Shown here: positions 36,767 through 46,043 of the stretch, piece by piece
Numbering within the stretch: the first letter of the stretch is position 1
Layout of the letters: every line of letters begins with the position of its first letter
Program-made: the position numbers and the translations under genes
Notes under the pieces: generated by a model
Database searches by the model: none
Told to the model about the DNA's origin: nothing
Seen by the model: the letters and a program-made list of their open reading frames with translations, nothing else
NCBI GenBank assembly: GCA_043807135.1
Contig: JAZDGF010000001.1
Span: 68,573 to 132,572, forward strand
DNA: 64,000 bases
Direction of reading: 5' to 3'
DNA from: Candidatus Levyibacteriota bacterium
GTDB taxonomy: Bacteria; Patescibacteriota; Microgenomatia; Levybacterales; UBA12049

Positions 36767-38757
36767 TGTTTTTTGGAAAAAAGAAAAAAGATAACAAACA
36801 AACAATAGCACCTACTCAAAAAACGCCGACCTCAAAAGAGTTAGCAAAGGTGGAAAAAGGTATGGTTTCTTTATCAGATGTAATTGCACCTTCTTCTGTT
36901 GAAGTGGACTTTCATTATGTTCGAGTAGGAGAAAGGTATTACAAAACATTTTTTGTTGTTGGCTATCCACGCTATGTCTCCCCAAATTGGCTACAGCCTT
37001 TAATTGATTTTGATCATTCAATGAATGTGTCCATGTTTGCCTATCCCACCTCTTCTCCGGATGTTCTATCTGACTTAAGAAGAAAAATTGCTGAGATGGA
37101 AGCAACAATTTCTTCTCAGATTGAAGAAGGAAAAGTTGTTGATGCAAAAGTAAGAGCATCTCTTGATGATGCCCTGTCAATTCAAGAACAATTAGCAAAG
37201 GGGGTTGAGCGGTTTTTTCAATTCAGCTTATACATTACCCTTATCTCAGATCATCCAAAAGAACTTGAAGAGGCATCAAAAAGACTTTCGTCTACTCTTG
37301 GTTCAATCATGATGATTGCCAAAACTGCAACCCTACAAATGGAAGACGGATTTAAATCAAGTATTCCTATGGGTCAAGATAAATTATTTATTACCAGAAA
37401 CATGGATACAACTTCTCTTGCTTCTACATTTCCTTTTACATCAGCAACTCTTGCTCAGGAAAAAGGAGTTATGTATGGAATAAATGAGCAAAATGGATCC
37501 CTTGTTATCTTTGATCGCTTTTCCCTTGAAAATGCCAATGAGGTTGTTTTGGGAAAGTCAGGATCAGGAAAATCATACTTAATAAAGCTTGAGGTTTTAA
37601 GACAATTCATGTTTGGAACCGAAGTTATTATTATTGACCCTGAAGGAGAGTATGGACAAATTGCAAAAACTATGGGAGGAGAAGAAGTTGCCTTTACTCC
37701 TTCTAATCCAATTAAAATAAATCCGTTTGATTTATCAGGGCTTTACGAGGAAGGTGAAAATGAGCTTGGTCTTAAAATTCTTTCCTTGCATGGACTTTTA
37801 AGAATCGTTATGGGAGATTTGGATGCTGCCCATGACGCAATTTTAGATCGAGCACTGGTTGAAACCTACAGACAAAAAGGAATAACTACTGATCCGGCAA
37901 CACAGAAAAAAACTCCTCCTTTAATGGAAGATCTTTATAAAGTTTTATTGGGAATGGAAGATTCGCAAGCAGGAGAACTTGCGCTTCGCCTTGAAAAGTT
38001 TATTAAAGGAAGCTTGAACGGCATTTTTAATCAACAATCAAACTTTGATATAAAAAACGCTTTAACAATCTTTAATATTAAAGCCTTAGAGGAAGAACTA
38101 AGACCAGTTGCAATGCATATTATTCTTGATTTTGTTTGGACTAGGGTTAGAAAAACCCTTAAGAAGAGACTTTTAATACTAGATGAAGCTTGGTATATTA
38201 TGAAATATCCTGATTCAGCTTCCTTTGTATATGGGATTGCCAAAAGATCAAGAAAATACTATCTTGCCTTAACAACCGCAACCCAGGATGCTCAGGACTT
38301 CTTATCAACTGATTATGGAAGGGCAATTCTTTCCAACTCCTCTATCCAGATGCTTTTAAAACAAAGCCCAACGGAAATTGATTTGATCTCAAAAGTTTTC
38401 TATCTTTCCGAAGGAGAAAAAGAGCTACTTCTTTCAGCAGACATTGGAGAGGGGTTATTTTTTGCCGGACAAAGTCATGTTGCCATGAAGGTAATTGCAG
38501 CACCTTTTGAGCACACTTTAATTACGTCTAATCCTCAAGAAATTTTAAACATAAGGGAACAAGAGGAAACGGAAATAAAAGCTCAGGAAACAACTCAAGA
38601 TATGCCAATACAGCCAATTGCTCCTCCTATAGATCAAAAACCACAACCGCCATTGGAAGATAACATTTCAGAAACAAAACCACCTACTCCGGTAAATCTA
38701 GAGAGTGCCCCTCCAATAAATGATGCTCAAAGCACAATTCCGAATTCAAATACATAA
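36766..38757 (+). CDS. virB4: VirB4/TraE/PrgJ-family type IV secretion ATPase
   Basis: Walker A VLGKSGSGKSY, Walker B RLLILDEAWYIM, VirB4-like N-terminal membrane-associated domain, ~660 aa like Gram-positive VirB4 homologues (TcpF/PrgJ/TrsE). Confidence 0.85.
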   Translation: MFFGKKKKDNKQTIAPTQKTPTSKELAKVEKGMVSLSDVIAPSSVEVDFHYVRVGERYYKTFFVVGYPRYVSPNWLQPLIDFDHSMNVSMFAYPTSSPDVLSDLRRKIAEMEATISSQIEEGKVVDAKVRASLDDALSIQEQLAKGVERFFQFSLYITLISDHPKELEEASKRLSSTLGSIMMIAKTATLQMEDGFKSSIPMGQDKLFITRNMDTTSLASTFPFTSATLAQEKGVMYGINEQNGSLVIFDRFSLENANEVVLGKSGSGKSYLIKLEVLRQFMFGTEVIIIDPEGEYGQIAKTMGGEEVAFTPSNPIKINPFDLSGLYEEGENELGLKILSLHGLLRIVMGDLDAAHDAILDRALVETYRQKGITTDPATQKKTPPLMEDLYKVLLGMEDSQAGELALRLEKFIKGSLNGIFNQQSNFDIKNALTIFNIKALEEELRPVAMHIILDFVWTRVRKTLKKRLLILDEAWYIMKYPDSASFVYGIAKRSRKYYLALTTATQDAQDFLSTDYGRAILSNSSIQMLLKQSPTEIDLISKVFYLSEGEKELLLSADIGEGLFFAGQSHVAMKVIAAPFEHTLITSNPQEILNIREQEETEIKAQETTQDMPIQPIAPPIDQKPQPPLEDNISETKPPTPVNLESAPPINDAQSTIPNSNT

Positions 38758-38764
38758 ATAATCT

Positions 38765-41700
38765 ATGAATGGAAACAATAATCCTCTAGCAAAAATTTTA
38801 GCAATTTTAATTACCACTTATCCCGATCACGCCGAAGAGTTAGGAAGAATAACAAATCTTTTTCTAAAAGATCCTGAGAAGGCAAAGCTTGAATTATATA
38901 AATGGGAAAAATCTTCTAACATAAAACTTCCTGATCATATAACGCTTTTGATAGAACAAGAGTTACAACAGGGAAAAGAAGTCTCCTCTCGGGACAATAA
39001 TGAAAATCAAAAAAAGAAGAACAGCAAGGATTCAAAAAATCAACCATACAATGACGGTGCTTATATAGCTAAAGACCCAACCCCTGCAGAAAGATATAGA
39101 AAGGCCATAGTAAATAAATTTATTAGAAAACAATCAAATGAAAGAACAAGCAAAGATTACCTTGAAGAAAAAACGGTCTCTGAAAAAGATGTTTTTGACA
39201 AATGGTACGAGGAGAATACAAGGCTTGGAAAAACAAAATTTTCCGAAGAAGAAGTTAAGGCATATAAAGAAAGTGAAGAGTTTAAAAAAAAATTAATTTC
39301 AATAGTAGATGAAAAATATAAAAAAAAATTCGAAGGAGAAATTGCAGCATTTATCATTGCTGAAAAATCTAGGATATATGAAAATCCAAATGAAGATCCT
39401 GTAATAAAAGAGTATAAAAAAATTCTAGCAGAAGCTAATAAAAAATCTCCTGAAGAAGCAGAAAAAATAAAAAAAGAAGCCTCAAAAATCCTTCATGAAG
39501 AATTTACTCAAAAAACACTTTCCTACTCTAAGGACCTCCCAGAAATAAAAGAATACTTAATTAAAGTAAATAAAGAAATCCTAGTAGCTCCTTCGATAAT
39601 CATGCCTTCTTCTGTGTTTGAAGAAGAATCTTATTCATCAGAACCATTTGAAAATGATAACAATAATGAAGAAGTTTTCCCTTATTTTCAGGGAAATCAA
39701 TCTGAGCCCGAAAATGAACCTGATAAATCTGGGAATCAATCCTCGTCAAACAGGCCCAGCAGACCCAACAGAAGAACAATTAGAGAAATTAATCCGGAAA
39801 AAAATGTTGCTAGAAGAGCGGCTGGAAGAACGAGGGGGAAAGGTCAAAAAGCGCTTTTGCGATTTGGAAGAGTAGCTGTCCAAGTTGTTTCAAAAATCCC
39901 CCCGCATGTCTGGATTGTAATTATTGCACTTATTATTCTTGTTATTCTTATTTTTATGCTTTTTGGACTTTTCGACGATCCATTAGAAAACGGTGGTGTA
40001 TATAATATATCAAAATCTGCAGATAAAGAGGCTGTGGCCAATCCTCCTGACGATCTTAACTATCTTACGGCATTATCTACTCCTCAAGATATTACATACA
40101 CAATTACTGTTTCTTATTCTGGAAAAGCCCAATCTGTTACGGTTACAGATCCCATTCCAGAAAACGCAATCTTAGTTTCTGCTGATAACGATGCTGAGTT
40201 TTTAGATGAAAATGGCAATATAATAACTGATAAAAACCTTGCAAGAACAGTTACTTGGACTATCACTCCTGAAGCATCATCAGGAGGAAATCTGTCTAAT
40301 CCAGCTAATACGACATTGGGAGATTGGTTAAATAAAAAGCTTTCAGAAAATCCACTTCGCTTAGGGCTAAGCGGCATGGGACCAACGATTGCAAATTTAT
40401 CAGCAAAATACAATGTCCCAATTGAGCTCGCGCTGGGACAATTTGCCTTAGAAACCCAATGGTATTCAGATAAAGGAGTTACTGTTACCCAAGGATCAAA
40501 TAATCCAGGCAATATTTTATGCAATCCTGATCTTAGGCTTGGAGCAATTGGAAATGATATTGTTGACCGCCTGGGAACCCATTATTGTAGATTTTCCTCT
40601 CTTGAGAGCGGACTTGAAGCATATTTTAAACATTTAGATAGTTCTACTTATCGAAGTGCAGTTGATGAGTTTATTAAAACAAGCAATCCTAGACCCGTTA
40701 TCCATATTTACTATTCATCTTCAAATGACCCAAGTAGCGGAAACGAAAACAGCTATGTAAATACTGTAAACAATATTACAAAAGATTTAAGAGACGCTGC
40801 TGTAATAGATGGTGTAAATCTTGCTGTTTCCTCTTCTTTCAATGAGCAGTATAATAACGCTACTTCTAGTTTTACCCTAGCTTTAAGACCCAAACCTGGT
40901 GCGAAAGATACATATATTATTAACCAGGCATTTGCAAGTGGAGCTGGAATATCAATATGCACAGGAGGATCAACAGTTGTTCTTGACCCCGGACATCCAA
41001 GCGAAGTTGGTATTGGAGGGGCGGGAAATGGAGTTAATGAAGTTGAAAAAGTCTTAGAGATTGCAAATATTATAAAACCAAAGTTAGAAGCAAAAGGATA
41101 CAGTGTTATCTTAACCAGAAATAATAATACAACTAGGGTTACAAATAAAGCGAGGGCGGAAACCGCAAATAGTGCAAATGCTTCTTTAATGTTCAGAATT
41201 CATACTGACGCTGGAAGAACTGACAGGGGAGTTGCGTATTATTATCCAGCAGAACAAGGAACAGTTGATGGAGTTACAGGCCCAAGCAGTGAAGTTATTG
41301 AAAAAAGCAAACAAGCAGCGACTGCCATCCTGAACACAACCAGGGATACTCTCATTGGAAACGATATGCCACTTTTTAGAGGAGGCCTTCTAACTGATGC
41401 TGATACTGCGGTAGGAAAGAAAAATGGGGGAGCTTTAGCGGGGTCTATTTATTCATCGGTTCCAACTGTGCTTGTGGAACTGGGAAGCCTCACCAACGCT
41501 ACCGATGCCACCTGGCTTAAATCAACTGATAATTTAAATAAATATGCTGATTCATTAGCGTCTGGAATTTCCAATTTTGCAGGGACCTCTACCTGCGCCG
41601 ATTCTAATAACGATTTTCCCACTAATTATGTTGGCACTGGAGGGTATACTCCTCTTCAGGGTCAATGGGAAGGAACTACTCAAAAGCTTACTGACTATCT

Positions 41701-42145
41701 TCTTGCAAATAACCCTTCTCCCAAATTTACTGTTTCAACATTAACTCTTGCGGGATATTATATAAAATATGCTGCAGAAGTAAATCTTCGAGCAGACATT
41801 CTTTGGGCACAAATGATTCATGAAACAGGTTTTGGAAAATATGGAGGAGATGTTTTGCCAAGCCAAAATAACTTTGCTGGTGTTGGAGCAACCGGAAATG
41901 GAGAAGAAGGAATATCGTTTGTCACCGCAGAAGCTGGTGTAAAAGCACAAATTGCCCACATGGCAGCTTACGTATACACAACTGATATTACTTCATGGAC
42001 TAATTCCCAAACAGATCCCCGCTATGACTTAATAATCCCCAGAGGAATCGCAAAGTCCTTAAATAATCTTGACGGAAGATGGGCTATTCCCGGAAACGGA
42101 TATGGAACAACTATTGAAAATTATGTAAGAATTATTAATCAATAA
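38765..42145 (+). CDS. membrane-anchored multidomain peptidoglycan hydrolase (glucosaminidase-like + Amidase_3 + glucosaminidase-like); T4SS-associated lytic enzyme candidate
   Basis: K/E-rich ~370-aa N-region, single TM (VWIVIIALIILVILIFMLF). Glucosaminidase-like segment (LGQFALETQWYSDKG...NNPGNI). Amidase_3 motifs (VVLDPGHPSEVGIGGAGNG...LTRNN...ANSANASLMFRIHTDAG...PTVLVELGSLTN). Second glucosaminidase-like segment (ADILWAQMIHETGFGKYGG...NNFAGVGATG). Confidence 0.75.
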   Translation: MNGNNNPLAKILAILITTYPDHAEELGRITNLFLKDPEKAKLELYKWEKSSNIKLPDHITLLIEQELQQGKEVSSRDNNENQKKKNSKDSKNQPYNDGAYIAKDPTPAERYRKAIVNKFIRKQSNERTSKDYLEEKTVSEKDVFDKWYEENTRLGKTKFSEEEVKAYKESEEFKKKLISIVDEKYKKKFEGEIAAFIIAEKSRIYENPNEDPVIKEYKKILAEANKKSPEEAEKIKKEASKILHEEFTQKTLSYSKDLPEIKEYLIKVNKEILVAPSIIMPSSVFEEESYSSEPFENDNNNEEVFPYFQGNQSEPENEPDKSGNQSSSNRPSRPNRRTIREINPEKNVARRAAGRTRGKGQKALLRFGRVAVQVVSKIPPHVWIVIIALIILVILIFMLFGLFDDPLENGGVYNISKSADKEAVANPPDDLNYLTALSTPQDITYTITVSYSGKAQSVTVTDPIPENAILVSADNDAEFLDENGNIITDKNLARTVTWTITPEASSGGNLSNPANTTLGDWLNKKLSENPLRLGLSGMGPTIANLSAKYNVPIELALGQFALETQWYSDKGVTVTQGSNNPGNILCNPDLRLGAIGNDIVDRLGTHYCRFSSLESGLEAYFKHLDSSTYRSAVDEFIKTSNPRPVIHIYYSSSNDPSSGNENSYVNTVNNITKDLRDAAVIDGVNLAVSSSFNEQYNNATSSFTLALRPKPGAKDTYIINQAFASGAGISICTGGSTVVLDPGHPSEVGIGGAGNGVNEVEKVLEIANIIKPKLEAKGYSVILTRNNNTTRVTNKARAETANSANASLMFRIHTDAGRTDRGVAYYYPAEQGTVDGVTGPSSEVIEKSKQAATAILNTTRDTLIGNDMPLFRGGLLTDADTAVGKKNGGALAGSIYSSVPTVLVELGSLTNATDATWLKSTDNLNKYADSLASGISNFAGTSTCADSNNDFPTNYVGTGGYTPLQGQWEGTTQKLTDYLLANNPSPKFTVSTLTLAGYYIKYAAEVNLRADILWAQMIHETGFGKYGGDVLPSQNNFAGVGATGNGEEGISFVTAEAGVKAQIAHMAAYVYTTDITSWTNSQTDPRYDLIIPRGIAKSLNNLDGRWAIPGNGYGTTIENYVRIINQ

Positions 42146-42184
42146 TGTTGTCTATGTTTTTTATCTTTGTTATTCTAAATATTA

Positions 42185-42841
42185 ATGTTTAAAAAAACAC
42201 TTTTGCTATTTTTTTCACTAACAGTTATTTTTATTGTGTTTAAAAATAACGCCCTATTCTATGGAGGGGATTCTTATGCCGCAACTAACCAGGGCTCTCA
42301 AACAGCAAGTGAATGTGTAATCGTTAAGGTAGGAAATCCAACAGCAGATCCTGACACTTCAAAATGCAACACCTTTTTGGGCACTGCTTCAAGTTATGCT
42401 CTAAAAGCTATTGAGCTCGCGAGAAGCCAAAAAGGGAAAATGTATTTATGGGCTGCTTGTCATGGTGATTTATCAAAAAGCCCACCCCCCGGGGGATGTG
42501 CAAATTATGATTGTTCGGGTCTTACAAGATGGACTTGGTATTGGGCAACTGATGGAAAAGTCAACGATCTTGACCAAACGGCTACTAACTGGGATGCGGG
42601 ATATGGTAATTTTGAGAAGTTTGACAAGAGTCAGGTTGCCCTTATTCAACCAGGAGATCTTGTTTATTTTGGGCCATCAAAAGCCGACGCATCCCATACA
42701 GGAATCTACGCTGGCCTAGGTGACTGTGGCGCAAACGACTGCTTTATTCATGCTCCTGGAACAGGAAAAGCTGTTACAGAATATAGTTTATCTAAAAGAA
42801 CAAATTTTATTGGTTTTCTTAGGCCTATTGTTGTAGAATAA
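42185..42841 (+). CDS. secreted NlpC/P60-family peptidoglycan endopeptidase
   Basis: Signal peptide; catalytic Cys region KMYLWAACHG...GGCANYDCSGLTRWTW and His region HTGIYAGLG...FIHAP, consistent with NlpC/P60 (Cys-His-His). Confidence 0.75.
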   Translation: MFKKTLLLFFSLTVIFIVFKNNALFYGGDSYAATNQGSQTASECVIVKVGNPTADPDTSKCNTFLGTASSYALKAIELARSQKGKMYLWAACHGDLSKSPPPGGCANYDCSGLTRWTWYWATDGKVNDLDQTATNWDAGYGNFEKFDKSQVALIQPGDLVYFGPSKADASHTGIYAGLGDCGANDCFIHAPGTGKAVTEYSLSKRTNFIGFLRPIVVE

Positions 42842-42845
42842 AAAT

Positions 42846-43331
42846 ATGAATTTAACATCTTTCTTTCAAAACAAAAAATTTTTAATAGGTTCTCTTATTG
42901 CTCTTTTTTTTATCGTAGCTTTAATCGTTATTTTTGTCATTAGCAGTCTTTTTAAAACCGTCGATGAACAGCCCCTTATCAACACAGATGAATTCGTAAG
43001 CCCTACAACAATGCCTGTTATCACTACAAAAATTATTCAAAATATTGAAAAAGAAATTAGGGAAAATATAGAAGCTGCCATACCTAGTGAAAATATTAAT
43101 ATATATGAACCAAGGCTTTATGAAGATTGGGCAATTGTAACTATTGAACCAAAAGATCACATAACCGATGCTGCAAATCTACTTTTACATAAAGAGGAAA
43201 ATCAATGGAAAATAATCCTCGGACCGGGTACTTTTTTCGACGAAGAGTCACTGATTGAAGTAAGTGCCCCCATCTATCTTTTTGATGAGATAAACCGAAT
43301 GTCTATTCCTGCACCCGAATCGGCATTATAA
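42846..43331 (+). CDS. hypothetical membrane-anchored protein
   Basis: 161 aa, N-terminal TM (IGSLIALFFIVALIVIFVISSLF), no motifs. 3' end overlaps the dnaN 3' end (convergent) by ~29 nt. Confidence 0.45.
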   Translation: MNLTSFFQNKKFLIGSLIALFFIVALIVIFVISSLFKTVDEQPLINTDEFVSPTTMPVITTKIIQNIEKEIRENIEAAIPSENINIYEPRLYEDWAIVTIEPKDHITDAANLLLHKEENQWKIILGPGTFFDEESLIEVSAPIYLFDEINRMSIPAPESAL

Positions 43332-44412
43332 GATGTAGGAAGTTAGAATTTCCTTTAATTTTAAAAACTCCAGGGCTTAATGGGCCGCTCATTTCAAGAA
43401 TTAAATCTTCATCTTCTACGTTCCCTAAAAAATCTAGAAGGTATCTTGCATTAAAAGCTATCTCGTTTTCTTCTCCTTCTGTTTTTGCCTCAACCTCTAC
43501 CCTGTTTTCTCCAACAGAGGGGGTATTTGCTGAGACGATAATTTTATCTTCTTCAATCGAAAATTTAACAATGTTTGCAGTATCTCTTGCAAACACGGAG
43601 CAGATTTTGACAGCATTTAACATTTTTGCCTTTTCAAATAAAGATACTGTGGAAGAACTTGTTGGTAATATTTTTTCAAAAGCAGGATACTCTGCTTCTA
43701 TCAGCCTCCCCACAAGAATTGTTTCCCCTTGAGAAAAAATCACCTGGTTTGATTTATCAGAAACCAAAACAGAGACATAATCTCCCTCTTCTTTAATGGA
43801 AAAAAGTTCTCTTAAAACACGGGAGGGAATCAGCATTGAGACGGATTTCCCTTTTTTTCCTCCAGCTGAAAAAGCTCTTCTTAAAGAAAGTCTGTATCCA
43901 TCTGTTGCAACCATTGTAAAGTCTTTTGCGTCTTGGGTCATTAAAACGCCTGATAATGCCGGTCTTCCGCTATCTTGAGCTGCTGAAAAAACAATCTTTG
44001 AAAGCTCTTTCTCAACATCTGTTCTTAATATCCTTGCAACCTCTTCTCCTTTCCCCTCGTAGATGTTAGGGAAGTCTTCTGCTGGCATTGTTTGGAAAAT
44101 TGCTTCTACTTTCTCCCCTTTAAGCATTAAGTTTTGCTTTTCATAAGATAGTTCTATTTTTCCCTCCCCCATGTTTAAAAGCAGGTCTGAAAATGTCTTT
44201 GCTGGCACAGTTATGGCCCCCTCTTTTTCAATGCTTGCAGAAACGTGAGCTATTATTCCAATCTCTAGGTCTGTTGCGCTTATTTTAAGTCTCCCCTTTT
44301 TTGTTTCTATAAGAAAGTTTGAAAGAATAGGAAGCTGACTTCTTGTCGAAACAGCGTGGTTTAAAAATGATATTTTCTTTTGTAAATTTTCCGCTAAAAG
44401 TATTGCTTTCAT
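43303..44412 (-). CDS. dnaN: DNA polymerase III beta subunit (sliding clamp)
   Basis: MKAILLAENLQKKISFLNHAVSTRSQLPILSNFLIE...three-domain clamp, 369 aa, immediately downstream of dnaA. Confidence 0.9.
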   Translation of the reverse strand: MKAILLAENLQKKISFLNHAVSTRSQLPILSNFLIETKKGRLKISATDLEIGIIAHVSASIEKEGAITVPAKTFSDLLLNMGEGKIELSYEKQNLMLKGEKVEAIFQTMPAEDFPNIYEGKGEEVARILRTDVEKELSKIVFSAAQDSGRPALSGVLMTQDAKDFTMVATDGYRLSLRRAFSAGGKKGKSVSMLIPSRVLRELFSIKEEGDYVSVLVSDKSNQVIFSQGETILVGRLIEAEYPAFEKILPTSSSTVSLFEKAKMLNAVKICSVFARDTANIVKFSIEEDKIIVSANTPSVGENRVEVEAKTEGEENEIAFNARYLLDFLGNVEDEDLILEMSGPLSPGVFKIKGNSNFLHLIMPIRVQE

Positions 44413-44540
44413 AGTATGTTTATATTAATAGTTGTAGTAGTTTATATGGATAAGTGGAAAAAAGCAAGACTGTGTGGGTACAAAAATGTTGATAACATGT
44501 TGATAAAAAAGTGGAAGAAATGTTTATAAAAAAAGGGGGC
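44413..44540. promoter_or_regulatory. candidate oriC / DnaA-box cluster in dnaA-dnaN intergenic region
   Basis: AT-rich 128 bp with two TGTTGATAA (44487-44495, 44498-44506; 1 mismatch to the TGTGGATAA DnaA box), ATGGATAAG (44445-44453), and two AAGTGGAA[A/G]AAA repeats (44451-44462, 44509-44520). Confidence 0.5.
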
Positions 44541-45917
44541 CTAGTATTCCACACGTTTTTCACTATTTATTTTAGTTATTCTCATTATATCCTCACCAAT
44601 TTTAGTTTTTTTCATTAAAGCTTCTATTTTTTCCACACCATACATAATAGTTGTGTGATCCCTTCCCCCTAAAAGGTTGCCAATTTCAACAAGCGTGAGA
44701 TTTAATTCGGTTTTTAAAAGATACATTGCAACTTGCCTTGCCCTTACTAAAGAGGAATCTCTCTTTGCTCCTTTAATTTGAGTTTGTTTAATTCTATAAA
44801 AAGAGCAGACGTTTTTTATTATGTCATCTGGATGAAAAACGCTAGCATCTTCCCTTTTCTTGCTTTCTAAAATTTCGTCTAGGATATCATCAGTAAGCTC
44901 CCCGTTTGCTGTACTTGCCCTAGTGACAACTCTAAGTAAAACTCCCTCCAAGCTTCTTCCATCAAGATCTTGTTCAGCAATCCTTTTAGCTGCTTCCATA
45001 GATAGTTCAAAGTTATATTTTTTTGCTTTTATTAAAAGAATTGCAGTTTTTAACTCAAAATCAGGTGGTTCAATATCAACGGTTAGCCCCCCTGAAAATC
45101 TTGATAAAAGTCTTTTTTCAACCTTTTTCATTTCAGAAGGAGGTCTGTCTGAAGAAAGAACGATTTGAGATCCGTTATCAACAAGAATGTTAAAAGTATG
45201 GAAAAGTTCCTCCTGAATCTTTTCTTTACCAGCAATAAACTGGATATCATCGATTATTAAAAGGTCAAGCCCTCTAAATCTTTTCTTCATCAAAGAAGTT
45301 GCATTTGTTCTGATTGCTTCTACTACCTCATTTGTAAACTCCTCGCTTGTGATATAAGCAATTTTTTTTTCAGGATGTTTTGCATAAACATCATTTGCAA
45401 TCGCTTGCATTAAATGGGTTTTTCCTACTCCTACCGGTCCGTATATAAAAAGAGGGTTGTACGCTTTCCCAAGTTTTTTAGCAACTGTTGTTGCACTAAC
45501 ATAAGCAAGTTGATTACTTGAAGAAACCGCAAGATTTTCAAAAGTATATTCAGATCTTACTCTTGGCAGGTGTCCAAGCGTTTTTTTTGTCTTTTCGTTT
45601 ATTGAAAAAAGGGGGCCTGGGTCATTTGTTTTATCCTTAATAATAGTTTTTGGGACAAAAAGTAAATCAATATTTTTTTTAGTGTGTTTGTCAAGAGATT
45701 TTTTAATAATTTGATAAAACCTTCTTTGTAATAGGTCAATAATCATACTTGAAGGAGCAGCAACGGTTGCCGTAGTGTTATCCATTGTAAAAAGAATAGT
45801 TGGCTTAAAAAGTGTTAAAAAATTTGCACGAGAAACTTCAGTTTCAACTTCTCCCAAAACTATTTTCCACAACTGATCAAGATCTTTTTTTTCCATAAGC
45901 AGAATTAGCCACCCCAT
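44541..45917 (-). CDS. dnaA: chromosomal replication initiator DnaA
   Basis: AAA+ Walker A GPVGVGKTHL, Walker B LLIIDDIQF, C-terminal DNA-binding helix-turn-helix (RQVAMYLLK...TLVEIG...GGRDHTTIMYGVEKI). Confidence 0.93.
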   Translation of the reverse strand: MGWLILLMEKKDLDQLWKIVLGEVETEVSRANFLTLFKPTILFTMDNTTATVAAPSSMIIDLLQRRFYQIIKKSLDKHTKKNIDLLFVPKTIIKDKTNDPGPLFSINEKTKKTLGHLPRVRSEYTFENLAVSSSNQLAYVSATTVAKKLGKAYNPLFIYGPVGVGKTHLMQAIANDVYAKHPEKKIAYITSEEFTNEVVEAIRTNATSLMKKRFRGLDLLIIDDIQFIAGKEKIQEELFHTFNILVDNGSQIVLSSDRPPSEMKKVEKRLLSRFSGGLTVDIEPPDFELKTAILLIKAKKYNFELSMEAAKRIAEQDLDGRSLEGVLLRVVTRASTANGELTDDILDEILESKKREDASVFHPDDIIKNVCSFYRIKQTQIKGAKRDSSLVRARQVAMYLLKTELNLTLVEIGNLLGGRDHTTIMYGVEKIEALMKKTKIGEDIMRITKINSEKRVEY

Positions 45918-45957
45918 TTTATATGAGCAGAAGAATATGTATGGGTTTAAATTAAAT

Positions 45958-45966
45958 AATGTGGAT
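45958..45966. promoter_or_regulatory. perfect DnaA box (TGTGGATAA) upstream of dnaA
   Basis: Exact reverse complement of consensus TTATCCACA, 41 bp upstream of the dnaA start; a second degenerate box (TGTGGAAAA) lies at ~46043. Confidence 0.6.
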
Positions 45967-46043
45967 AACTTTTTGTCAAGATACCGAAAGTAGATAAAAC
46001 TACATCTTTTAAAAGAAACAGCTTTCTGATATACTTTAATTCT

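Noticed and set aside
40114-40524. 136-aa minus-strand ORF inside the multidomain hydrolase gene (similar antisense ORFs at 50561-51040, 58557-58895, 54217-54477)
   Set aside because: Antisense to strongly supported CDSs with motif-level evidence; no independent support.
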